Positions 28,797 through 38,594 of a stretch of DNA of 64,000 bases are shown here, one piece after another (position 1 is the stretch's first letter; each line of letters opens with the position of its first letter). The notes under the pieces were generated by a model. The model did no database searches. It worked only from the letters and a program-made list of their open reading frames with translations, and was not told where the DNA came from. The stretch is taken from the NCBI GenBank assembly GCA_951812955.1, contig OX638340.1, forward strand, positions 2,912,001 through 2,976,000, given 5' to 3'. A program made the position numbers and the translations under genes. The stretch is from an uncultured Gemmatimonadota bacterium. Lineage in GTDB: Bacteria; JAAXHH01.

Positions 28797-31700
28797 TCAG
28801 AAGCTCATGCGAGCCAGCAGGCCGATTCGGTGATCGGACGCGCTGCCATGCCGCTCGAGTCGCATACCGGAGAGTTCCAGGGATGCGCCGCTGGCGCGAG
28901 AACCCGATTGGGAGAGTCTGGCGCCCAGCCGCATCCGCCGCCGGTCGTCTCCGAGGAGATACATTTCGCCGAAAGGCGTCATCAACATGCCAATGGACGG
29001 ATACGCGAGCCCGTAACCGACCTCGGCCTTGAACGCACGGGTGTTGTCCCGGCCGTTCACGGATGTACCGGCAAGCGGTCTGTCACGCCACATCATGCCC
29101 GAGTCTCCCGTACCGGCGCCAATACGCGGCGCGATGGACATGGATAGACCGGTCCCGCCCGCACCGGGATTGAGGTAGGCGGCAACGGAGAACCCGTTTT
29201 CGCTGTATCCATCGGCGGTGTGCACCGCCAGGAACCTGCCCTGCGCGTTTACGCCCACCCGGCCGCCTGACAGGCGCAAGCCTCCCGAGACCTCCAGACC
29301 CTGGCCCGTCTGGCCGGTGCCGCCGTCATAACGTCCGGCAACCTGGGCATAGGGCGTGATCGTGGTTCCGCCGGCAAGCGTCGACGTACGTGACCCTTCC
29401 AGGCCGATCCGGACCCGCTGCACGTCGCTTTCGATGTCGCTCAACGACGGGGATTCGCTGTCGGCGGTCGAAAGACGCAACAGGCCGGCGTCCCCGATTA
29501 CATCGAGACCCGTGCCGCCCGTCCCCGCCACCCGCATGCGCGTGCCCACCATGGCCATGCGCATGGAGAGATCGCTCGCAGCATCCTCCACATCGACTTC
29601 GCCGGTGCCGAGACCCACAATCGACCACACTTCCGTAAGACAGGTGCTGCTTGCCCATCGCAGGTATGGCAGCACACTGGTAAGGCGCGATTCCAGGCTG
29701 CCGCTCGCGACCGTTACGTCGTAATCGGACTGGCCCGCCGCGTGCGAAAGGGCAATACCCGCCATCCAGTTGCGCTCCGTGGCCACATCAAAACCGACGT
29801 AAGCCGTCTTCATGTCGCCATCGTAGCTGGTATTCACGTCGGGTTCGCCCTGGAAGTTCTGCAAATCGCCGGCGCCCCAGACAGACCATCGGAGACCTCC
29901 GTTGGCCGTGCCATCCTCCAGCGCGTACGAGAACGAACTCGTGCTCAACAGGTATCCGCTGTTAACGTAGCGCCGGTTTTCGCCGTCGTTCAACAGCGCC
30001 AGGTGTTTCGCCGAAACCTGGCGTCCGTGGCCGGTAAGTCTGGCCAGGGCCGCCACACTGGACGCGAATCCGTCTATCCTGCGACCTCCCACGGTGAATC
30101 CCTGTCCGCCCGTTCCATCGGAGAAGCGGCCGCCGATCGTTGAGGAGACGCTGGACAGCATGTTCCGGCCCATGGCGCTCAGGATGTTCTCGTAGACCAT
30201 CCGTTCCGCCGCGATGGCCGTAACCGTCACGCCGACGGTAAGGCTGGCCTCGCCGGCCGCGTTCCGGGCGGTGACCGTCACTGTGGCGGAACCCTTGCGA
30301 ACGCCTGTTACGGTCAGCGTGGCCGCCGACATAACGGCCGTTGCCACGCTGTTATCGGATGTGGACGCGGTTAAACTCAGATCTGTACCGCTGAACAGCG
30401 CACCCGCGTTGATTGTCTCGCTTTCACCCGAGTCCAGTGATACCGAAGGCGGACTGCCCACGATTGCCGGGGCATCGTAGGAGTCGGTTATTGTGACCGT
30501 CGCGGAATCCAGGTCCTGGCCATCGTAACTCGCCGTGACGATGATCGTCTCTCCTCCGGACTCGTACACATCGTCGTTGATGACCGTGATGGCAAGCTCG
30601 GAAGAACCTTCCGTGGCCTCGCCTGGAATCGTAATACTCAGGTTGCCACGGACGCTGTAGTCATCGCTGCTGGCCGTACCGGATAGCGCAAGCGGGATTA
30701 CCGTCGTGATCGGTATGGCCCCGCTCGTCTGCGTCGCCGTCACGTTCACGGTCTGCGTACCGCCGTCTTCGGACACAGCCTCGGGGGTAACAGAAAGCGT
30801 AATCTCCGGGACGTAGCCGGTCAGATCGAAATAGAATCCTGACCCGATTACGAGTTCCGTCCCGTCGACCATGACGGTTTCCGTGTAACTCACCTTGGGC
30901 GAGCCCGTATCTTCGTCGCCGTCCACAGCCGGGTTGTCGAAGTAATACTCTACATAACCTCCCCCGGCCTGCGCTGCCGCGATAAGCTCACGAGTGTAAT
31001 AGACCCCATTCAGGTCCTGGTCATCGAAAATGTTCATGTTCTCGATCGATGGGTTGGCACCGTTGAAAACGAGCAGGCCGTCTGTTTGCAGGAAAAAAAT
31101 GTAGATCTCACCCAGCCGCCAGTTTCCGTCCTCGACCCGGAAGGCCTCGACGACGTCACTGTGAAGATCGAATCCCACTTCATCGATGGCGCCTTTGTAG
31201 GCTGCTTTGGCCGCCTGGACAAATGACCTGAGGCTTGCCCGGTCCATCACGTCCGCCGCGGTTACGTCTCCAACAGGAAGAGGAGGTACGAGAACGTCCA
31301 GCACCGTGATCGTCGACGACCCGATATCCTCTCCCTCGTAAGTGGCCTTAACCACGATGGTCTCGCCGTCTTCCTCGGCTACGTCGTCGATCACATCGAA
31401 GGTAAGCGTCGTGGAAGCCGACGTGGCATCCCTTGGAATGATGATTTCGAGCGTTCCGTCCGAGGTATAGTCATCGCTTGTGGCCGTACCCTCGAGTGTC
31501 AGGTCGATGATCGTAGCCACCGGCACCGGGTCGTCGGTGAGCGTGGCCGTCACGGTCACCTCCTGGCCGTCTTCGCCTTCGACGAGGGTTTCACGGTCCA
31601 CCTCCAATGTGATCGCCGGGACGTCGTCCACGGGTCTTCGGTAAAAACCGGCGCCCACGACGAAGGTCTGGCCGGGATAAAAATCCGGATATTCAATAGT

Positions 31701-34700
31701 CTCAGCGTAACTCACCTTGGGCGAACCGAGCTCTTCGTCTCCCATGACCGACGGGTCGTCATAGTGGTACTCGACAAATCCACCGCCCCCAATCGCGACG
31801 TTGATGAGGTCTTCAATGAAGCGCTTGCCGTTCAAGTCTTCCAGGTCGATCCGAATGGCGCCTTCCTGCGTTATGTCCGCCCCGTGGAAGAACACGAACC
31901 CTTGCGTTGTCAGGACGAACAGGTAGATGGCGCCTTCCCTGAACGGTCCTCCTTCTTCCCTCAATGCGGCTTTCAGCCTCCCGACCTCCACGCCGCGCGT
32001 TTCGAAGGCCTCAAAAGTCCAGTCTACGGTGCCTCGCACGAAGGCCTTCAGCGTTTCCTTGTCCACCACGTCCTGCGCACGCACAGCTGGCGGATCCGGA
32101 AGCGTGACTTCTGAAACAGCATCGGGGATATCCATGTTGAAGCCGCCTACCAGGATGAAATCACCCACGCCGAACCCGGATGCGTACGAAGTGGCGTAGG
32201 CCACGCGGTTGGGATCGTCATTGGGATCGTTCGGATCATCCCAGGTGAATTCGACGAAACCCCCTCCTGAATTGGCCGCCGCGAGGATCTTCTGAACGAC
32301 TTTTTCTCCTTTGTCGTCTTCCAGGTCGCTAATGTCAATGCCGTCGCGGGTCGGGTCGTCGCCGTGGAAGAACATCTCGCCTGCAATCGTCAGGACCGAA
32401 AGGTACAGGTCTCCTTGTTTCCAATCGCCTTCGGAACGGAACGCGACACCCAGGGCCGGGAGTTCGTTGGCGTCGGTAATGCGTTCCAGGGAATCGGCCA
32501 CAGTTTCGACAAATCCCTTCAGCGTCTCGCGGTCTACTACTTCGCTGGCCACGATCGTTGTTTTTTCCTTCACCGTGATCGTCGCCGACCCGATATCCTC
32601 TCCCTCGTAAGTGGCCTTAACCACGATGGTCTCATTGGCGCCGTCGATCACATCATCCACCACGTCGAAGGTGAGCGTGGTGGAAGCCGCGGTGGCATTC
32701 CTTGGGATAATGACCTCCAGCGTTCCTTCCACGGTGTAGTCATCGGAAGTGGCCGTACCGTCAAGAGACAGGTTGATGATCGTCGCCACCGGCACCGGGT
32801 CATCGGTCAGCGTGGCAGTTACCGTCACTTCCTGGCCGTCACGGCCTTCGACTACGGATTCCGGATCCACGGCCAGCGTGATCTCCGGTACGTCGTCCAC
32901 AGGTCTTCGGTAGAAGCCTGCGCCTACGACGAAGGTCTGCCCGGGATAATAATGCGGGAATTCAACCGTTTCGGCATAACTCACCTTGGGCGAACCCAGC
33001 TCTTCATCACCCATAACCGAAGGATCGTCATAGAAGTACTCGACAAAACCACCACCTGCTACCGCGGTATTTATGAGATCTTCGATAAAGCGCTTGCCGT
33101 TCAGGTCTTCGAGATCGATCCGGATCGCACCTTCCTGCGTCATGTCCGCCCCGTGAAAGAACACGTACCCATTCGTTGTAAGAATAAACAGGTAGATGGA
33201 GCCTTCTCTAAATGGTCCGTCTTCTTGCCTCAAAACGGCTGTCAGTGTCCCGGCCTCGACACCATGCGTCTCGAAAGCGGTAAAGGACCATTCGATCGCG
33301 CTTTTCACGAAAGCCTTAAGACTCTCCTTGTCCACCACGTCCCGTGCCTGGACAGCGGGCAAATCGGGCAGCATACCCTCTTCCGGATCGGGAATGTCCA
33401 TGTTGAAGCCGCCCACCAGGATGAAATCACCCGACCCAACAAAACCGGATGTATATCGGACCGCGTAAGCCAGCCGGTTCGGATCATCATTGGGATCATT
33501 CGGATCATCCCAGGCAAAATCTACGAACGCTCCCTCGGCGTCCGCTGAGATGATATCCTGAACTACTTTATTGGCGTTGTCGTCTTCCACATCGCTTATA
33601 TCGAACCCGTCCCGGGTGGGATCGTCACCGTGGAAAATCAATACGCCTTCAGGGGTGAGCACCGAAAGGTACAGGTCTTCATGTTTCCAATCGCCTTCTT
33701 CTCGGAGGACACCCCACAATCGAGGGACCTCGTTGATATCGGTAACCCGTTCGAGAGAATCCGCCACCATGTCGACGAATGCCTTCAATGTCACATCATC
33801 CTCCACGTCAGCGGCCGTAATACGTCCAGTAGCGTCAAGAATCGACAGCGTGTCGGCCGCCACTTCCTCCAGGTCGTGGTTGGCAGTGACGATGATGGTT
33901 TCGCCGTCCGCTTCCGCTACTTCGTTGTCCGCCACGTCGAACGTCAGTTCCGTGGTCCCTTCCGTCATCTCGGCGGGTATCGTGACGACCATCTCGCCGG
34001 TTACTGTGTAGTCGGTGTTCTCCACGGCCGTGCCCGACAGGGTCAGCGGCATTCGAACCGATACGGGCAATGCACCATCGGCCCGGGTTTGCGTAGCCGT
34101 CACGGTCACGGTCGCGGTCTCGCCCTCGGTCAACACATCGGGGTCTGCGGCCAGCTCGATCGTACCCACATGATCTTCAAGTTCGTCGAAGTATAAACCG
34201 GAGCCAATGATGTAATCGTTGCCATGAAACACAAACTCTTCGGCGTAGCTCAACTTCGGCGAACCGGTATCTTCGTCTCCCATGACATCCGGATCGTCAT
34301 AGTGATATTCGACAAAACCGCCACCTGCCTGTGCCGCGGCGATGAGATCCTGGATGAAGTACTTCCCGTTTACGTCCTGTTCATCCCATGCAGACATGTT
34401 CTGCAGGCTGGCGTTGGCTCCATGGAAGAACCAGTCTCCCTCGGTGGTCAAAACGAACAGGTAGGTGTGTTCGTGCCTCCAGGGGCTGCCTTCCTGCCTG
34501 AAAATATCCAGGTTCGCTGACAAGATGTCGAAACCGTATTGTTCGAGGGCTGTCTGGTAAGTGGTGATGGATCCCTCTACGAACTTTACGAGGGTACCCC
34601 GGTCCATCACCTCGGAAGCCGTGACCTCCGGGTGGGGAAGCTCATCCGGATTTATCGTGGGTGTGGGAGGGCTCGAACCGGAAAGATTCTGGCGGAATCC

Positions 34701-35240
34701 GCCGACCATGATCACCTTCTGTCCGGTTATACCTGAAGTGTAGCTCACGGCATAGGCAGTTTTAGCGGTATCTTCGTCCCCCTGCTCGTCCGGATCATCC
34801 CAGTAGTAATCGACGAAGTCGCCACCCTCCACGTCCGCGGCCGTTAAGAGCGCTTGCACCACCTTTGTGCCCATCGCATCTTCGACATCAGAGATATTTG
34901 CTGTATTTACCGAGTGGTCATTGGCATGAAGCCATACAATACCGCCCGGCAAAAGGATGATGAGGAAGGTGGTGCCGTCATTCCAGTCTTCCTCGTCGCT
35001 GATTTTGTGGATCCATCCGCTGATATCGTTCGGATTGGTAACCGCTTCCGCATCGGCCTTCGCATACAGCACGAACTGCTTGAGGGTCGCGTCGTCCATT
35101 ACCTGGCCGGCCGTAATCGGTTCGACCTGGGCAGCAGCCGGCCCTGCTCCAATGAGTAGGCTTACCACACCCATCATTACCCCTAAAACCAGAGTTGATA
35201 ACATCAATCTATCAGAAATAGAGGAACTCATAATTGGCAT
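28797..35240 (-). CDS. Giant (2147 aa) outer-membrane-anchored surface protein with repeated sCache_2-like and Calx-beta-like domains and C-terminal beta-barrel
   Basis: Signal peptide MPIMSSSISDRLMLSTLVLGVMMGVVSLLIGAGPAAAQ. Seven repeats of the pattern ...YLFVLT..G...FHG......D.....G.......I..A..GGGFVEY.YDDP....KVSYA... (sCache_2-like). Four Calx-beta-like repeats (..VTVTAT......L.LSGTA...DYT......IP...T.G...LTFDV.DD...E..ETI.V). Big_2-like segment. About 550-aa C-terminal Gly/Ser/Ala-rich beta-strand region ending ...ARMSF. Confidence 0.6.
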   Translation of the reverse strand: MPIMSSSISDRLMLSTLVLGVMMGVVSLLIGAGPAAAQVEPITAGQVMDDATLKQFVLYAKADAEAVTNPNDISGWIHKISDEEDWNDGTTFLIILLPGGIVWLHANDHSVNTANISDVEDAMGTKVVQALLTAADVEGGDFVDYYWDDPDEQGDEDTAKTAYAVSYTSGITGQKVIMVGGFRQNLSGSSPPTPTINPDELPHPEVTASEVMDRGTLVKFVEGSITTYQTALEQYGFDILSANLDIFRQEGSPWRHEHTYLFVLTTEGDWFFHGANASLQNMSAWDEQDVNGKYFIQDLIAAAQAGGGFVEYHYDDPDVMGDEDTGSPKLSYAEEFVFHGNDYIIGSGLYFDELEDHVGTIELAADPDVLTEGETATVTVTATQTRADGALPVSVRMPLTLSGTAVENTDYTVTGEMVVTIPAEMTEGTTELTFDVADNEVAEADGETIIVTANHDLEEVAADTLSILDATGRITAADVEDDVTLKAFVDMVADSLERVTDINEVPRLWGVLREEGDWKHEDLYLSVLTPEGVLIFHGDDPTRDGFDISDVEDDNANKVVQDIISADAEGAFVDFAWDDPNDPNDDPNRLAYAVRYTSGFVGSGDFILVGGFNMDIPDPEEGMLPDLPAVQARDVVDKESLKAFVKSAIEWSFTAFETHGVEAGTLTAVLRQEDGPFREGSIYLFILTTNGYVFFHGADMTQEGAIRIDLEDLNGKRFIEDLINTAVAGGGFVEYFYDDPSVMGDEELGSPKVSYAETVEFPHYYPGQTFVVGAGFYRRPVDDVPEITLAVDPESVVEGRDGQEVTVTATLTDDPVPVATIINLSLDGTATSDDYTVEGTLEVIIPRNATAASTTLTFDVVDDVIDGANETIVVKATYEGEDIGSATITVKEKTTIVASEVVDRETLKGFVETVADSLERITDANELPALGVAFRSEGDWKQGDLYLSVLTIAGEMFFHGDDPTRDGIDISDLEDDKGEKVVQKILAAANSGGGFVEFTWDDPNDPNDDPNRVAYATSYASGFGVGDFILVGGFNMDIPDAVSEVTLPDPPAVRAQDVVDKETLKAFVRGTVDWTFEAFETRGVEVGRLKAALREEGGPFREGAIYLFVLTTQGFVFFHGADITQEGAIRIDLEDLNGKRFIEDLINVAIGGGGFVEYHYDDPSVMGDEELGSPKVSYAETIEYPDFYPGQTFVVGAGFYRRPVDDVPAITLEVDRETLVEGEDGQEVTVTATLTDDPVPVATIIDLTLEGTATSDDYTSDGTLEIIIPRDATSASTTLTFDVIDDVAEEDGETIVVKATYEGEDIGSSTITVLDVLVPPLPVGDVTAADVMDRASLRSFVQAAKAAYKGAIDEVGFDLHSDVVEAFRVEDGNWRLGEIYIFFLQTDGLLVFNGANPSIENMNIFDDQDLNGVYYTRELIAAAQAGGGYVEYYFDNPAVDGDEDTGSPKVSYTETVMVDGTELVIGSGFYFDLTGYVPEITLSVTPEAVSEDGGTQTVNVTATQTSGAIPITTVIPLALSGTASSDDYSVRGNLSITIPGEATEGSSELAITVINDDVYESGGETIIVTASYDGQDLDSATVTITDSYDAPAIVGSPPSVSLDSGESETINAGALFSGTDLSLTASTSDNSVATAVMSAATLTVTGVRKGSATVTVTARNAAGEASLTVGVTVTAIAAERMVYENILSAMGRNMLSSVSSTIGGRFSDGTGGQGFTVGGRRIDGFASSVAALARLTGHGRQVSAKHLALLNDGENRRYVNSGYLLSTSSFSYALEDGTANGGLRWSVWGAGDLQNFQGEPDVNTSYDGDMKTAYVGFDVATERNWMAGIALSHAAGQSDYDVTVASGSLESRLTSVLPYLRWASSTCLTEVWSIVGLGTGEVDVEDAASDLSMRMAMVGTRMRVAGTGGTGLDVIGDAGLLRLSTADSESPSLSDIESDVQRVRIGLEGSRTSTLAGGTTITPYAQVAGRYDGGTGQTGQGLEVSGGLRLSGGRVGVNAQGRFLAVHTADGYSENGFSVAAYLNPGAGGTGLSMSIAPRIGAGTGDSGMMWRDRPLAGTSVNGRDNTRAFKAEVGYGLAYPSIGMLMTPFGEMYLLGDDRRRMRLGARLSQSGSRASGASLELSGMRLERHGSASDHRIGLLARMSF
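31300..33820. repeat. Two near-identical tandem 1.26-kb direct repeats inside the giant gene (each encoding Cache-Cache-Calx unit)
   Basis: Protein units aa 474-895 and 896-1313 are about 80% identical. This produces mirrored spurious antisense ORFs (31764..32114 vs 32364..33548). Confidence 0.7.
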
Positions 35241-35396
35241 CTCCCATCTTTGGATGGAATTTAAGATTCGAAAGTACGATTAAAGTCTGGTTTATGTAGC
35301 AATTGCAGTATGAAATTTCACTTTCTTTCTACGTCAAGTCAAAGTTCGACCTTCATTCAGATTCCATTAGATAGAAATGTAATTTTAATAACTGCT

Positions 35397-36798
35397 TCAA
35401 TCAGGTAACGCCTCGTTGCCGAACCGCTCGATGGCATCCAGGGTCTCCAGGACATCGTCCCATGAAGTGGTGTAGTTTACAATACAGAGTCTCAACGAGA
35501 ACTTCTCCCAGAGATTGGTAGAGGATATGAACGCACGGTCTTCCCAGAAGATGCGGACGAGGACCTTCTTGTTGATTGCGTCCAGGGCGGACTCGTCGAG
35601 GTCTGCATGACCGGGATTGACGCGGAAGCATACGATGCCCAGCGACCCTGGTAACAACATCTCCAAGGTATTGCTGTTCCTGATGTAATCCTCAGCTTGG
35701 GCAGCCAGTTCAAGTCCTTTGGAAACGGCTCGACGGAAGGCCGCCATGCCGAAGATCTGCACGGACATCCAAATCTTCAATGCCCGTACGGACCTGCTGA
35801 GTTGCAGACCTCGGTCGGAGAAATTCGGATGATTCGCCCCCCACACCGTGTCCTGCAGGATATCGTGCCGCACCGCGAAGGCGCGCTCCAGCGTACCGAG
35901 GTCCTTTACCATCAGGCACCCGGCTTCGTATGGCTGGTAAAACAACTTATGCGCGTCCAGGCCGATCGAATCGGCGCGCCCGATGCCTCGCAGAAGAGGT
36001 TTCCCCCGTTCGGTAATGACCGCGAAACCGCCGTAGGCGGCGTCGACGTGGAACCAGATGCCTTCCGCTTCGCATAGATCCGCCATCGTTTCAAGCGGGT
36101 CGATCGCGCCCGTGCTGCTCGCTCCGGCGTTGGCGCATACGGCGACCGGTTTATACCCTGCCGATCGATCCTGTTCTATCGCGTGCTTCAGCGCTTCCGA
36201 ATCAAGACGGTAGCGCGCGTCGGTCTGTATCAGCCGTGCGTTCTCGTCGGGAATGCCGATGATCCTGGCTGCCCGGACCAGTGCGCTGTGACTCTGGTCG
36301 CTCATGTACACGGTAGCGTTGTCGGGATTGCCTGCCGCTTCCCGCGCCGCGACCAGGGCTTCCAGACTGGCCGCAGATCCCCCGCTTGTCATGAGCCCTC
36401 CCGCGGTCTCCGGGTATTCAAGCCATCGCCTGAACCAGTCGATAACGACCAGTTCCATCTGGCTGGCCCCGCTAGAGGTCAACCAGGTGCACTGGTTCAC
36501 CTGGTGCGCGGACACCATGAAGTCGGCGAAGCACCCCGGGCCAGGTCGGCGAAGACGGCATGAACGCAAAAAAACGGGGATGGTCGTTACGGGCGCCGAG
36601 GGGCAGGATCTCCTTCGCCGCCCTTTCAAGGACCTCCGTCGCGGAGCTTCCCTGTTCGGGCGGTTCCTCCATGAGCTGGTCTTCGAGCTCCTTCTTGAAT
36701 TCACCGTCCCAGGCATGTTCTTCAGGGAGCTTCTTGATGCGTTCAACGATCAACTCCGCCGTCTTGTTGGCGAGTTCAAGCATGGTCTCGGGCGACAT
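35397..36798 (-). pseudogene. Group II PLP-dependent amino-acid decarboxylase (DDC/GAD/DABA-decarboxylase family) interrupted by a 1-nt frameshift near 36528
   Basis: The N-terminal part (frame of track ORF 36472..37029) carries the hallmark HPRFFAFMPSSPTWPGVL. The body (ORF 35397..36746) carries SGGSAASLEAL and DAHKLFYQP PLP-Lys. Homology switches frame between ...PTWPGVL and ADFMVSAHQ. Confidence 0.6.
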
Positions 36799-37012
36799 CT
36801 GAAGGTCGCCGTTCGATTCAGCGGAAGTGCCTGTGCCATGCCCGCAGCCGGGTTTGGACGGATCGTGTGGAACGGCTATTTTGCCAGGATCGGATCGCAC
36901 GACGATAAATACCCGGGGATTTAGTGAAGCTGGTGTGAAGGTGTTAAAGGGTTGGTAAATCCAAGTATATATATACGAATTCTTGCCAAATAAAACATTT
37001 AAATATCTGTAC

Positions 37013-38260
37013 TTATTCCCACGAATCAAGGTACTCCTTCTGATCCGATGTCATCTTGTCACACGACAAGCCCATGCTTTCGAGTTTCATACCCGCGATA
37101 TCCCTGTCAATTTCTTCGGGAAGCACGTGAATACCCGGGGTCAGATCCTCGTGGCGTTTTACCAGGAACTCGGCGGCAAGCGCCTGGTTGGCGAAGGAAA
37201 GGTCCATCACGGCCGCCGGATGTCCCTCGCCCGCAACGAGATTGACCAAGCGTCCCTCTCCGAGAACGTGCAGTCTCCGGTTGTTTTCGAGCGTGTACTC
37301 CTCGACAAAAGGCCTTGCGGGACGTCGTGCTACCGCCAACTCGTCAAGTGCTTCCAGGTCGATCTCCACGTCGAAATGACCGGCGTTGGCCAGTACCGCG
37401 CCATCTTTCATGGCGGCCAGGTGGTCGCGGTTCACGACGCTTCGATTACCCGTCACGGTAATGAACAGGTCGCCCACTACGGCTGCTTCTTCCATCGGCA
37501 TGACGCGATATCCTTCCATGGCCGCTTCCAGCGCCGGAACGGGATCCACTTCCGTAATGACAACATGCCCACCCAGGCCCCGCACCCGCGAAGCCACGCC
37601 GCGGCCGCACCAGCCGTACCCGCACACCACAACGGTTTTGCCTGCAATCAGAAGGTTTGTTGCCCGTATGACACCGTCCAGCGCGCTCTGTCCCGTTCCA
37701 AAGCGGTTGTCGAACAGGTGCTTGGTTCTTGAATCGTTGACCGCAATCACCGGAAAGGTCAACGCTCCTTCGCGCGCCATGCTTCGCAATCGGCTTATTC
37801 CCGTCGTGGTCTCTTCCGTTCCTCCAATAACCCGTTCCAAGTGCTGTCGGTGACTAAGGTGTGCGGTCGTTACCAGGTCCGCCCCGTCGTCGAGCAGTAT
37901 ATCCGGTTTCGCCTCCAGCACGGTGTGCAGGTGTCTTCTGAAGGTGTCGGCGTCTTCACCCCTTTTTGCGAAAACTGGAATCTCGTGGTGCACGACCAGA
38001 CTGGCCGCTACATCGTCCTGGGTGCTCAGGGGATTGGAAGCGCATACGATCGGTTCCGCTCCACCCGCCTTTATCGCGGTGACCAGATTCGCCGTCTTGG
38101 TCGATATGTGCAGGCACACGCCTATACGCAGGTCTTCGAAAGGCTTTTCATGACAAAAACGGTCTTTAATGGACTGCAACACCGGCATCTGCCGGGCATC
38201 CCACTCCATTCGCGTTGCGCCGGCTTCAGCAAGATTCGGATCGCGGATATCAGGTTTCAT
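37013..38260 (-). CDS. ahcY: Adenosylhomocysteinase (S-adenosyl-L-homocysteine hydrolase)
   Basis: NAD-binding VVVCGYGWCGRGVA. Conserved HISTKTANL block and IAVNDS. 415 aa full length. Confidence 0.9.
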   Translation of the reverse strand: MKPDIRDPNLAEAGATRMEWDARQMPVLQSIKDRFCHEKPFEDLRIGVCLHISTKTANLVTAIKAGGAEPIVCASNPLSTQDDVAASLVVHHEIPVFAKRGEDADTFRRHLHTVLEAKPDILLDDGADLVTTAHLSHRQHLERVIGGTEETTTGISRLRSMAREGALTFPVIAVNDSRTKHLFDNRFGTGQSALDGVIRATNLLIAGKTVVVCGYGWCGRGVASRVRGLGGHVVITEVDPVPALEAAMEGYRVMPMEEAAVVGDLFITVTGNRSVVNRDHLAAMKDGAVLANAGHFDVEIDLEALDELAVARRPARPFVEEYTLENNRRLHVLGEGRLVNLVAGEGHPAAVMDLSFANQALAAEFLVKRHEDLTPGIHVLPEEIDRDIAGMKLESMGLSCDKMTSDQKEYLDSWE

Positions 38261-38594
38261 GTTTTGGTTTCGTTATGGGTTGGTCAGCGATTGCCGCCGC
38301 ACGCAACCGCACCCACAAATCATGAAGTCGAGCGTATGGAAAAGTGTTACAACGGTTTAGGGAATATATGACTTCTGTTTTGAAACGCGTCAAGGTATAT
38401 GCAGCGGGTTGTAACGCTGGACCAGTTCCGCTCGGTGAATCAGAGATGCACACGCTTAAATGAATACCTTATATGATCTTGACATCCCCGGGCTGCGACG
38501 ACTAACATGGTGGGGCAAATGCTCAGGTTAAATTACTGATTTTCCGGGTCTTACACTGACCGCTCTTCCAGCCCTCCGATAGTTCGGACACCCC

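Noticed and set aside
31764-33548. Plus-strand ORFs 31764..32114 and 32364..33548 (394 aa)
   Set aside because: They are antisense to the giant Cache-repeat gene. Their mutual similarity simply mirrors the tandem DNA repeat.
38261-38594. SAH riboswitch upstream of ahcY (minus strand)
   Set aside because: I looked for the conserved SAH-element pairing blocks in the reverse complement and could not recognise them. It would need an Rfam/Infernal scan to exclude.
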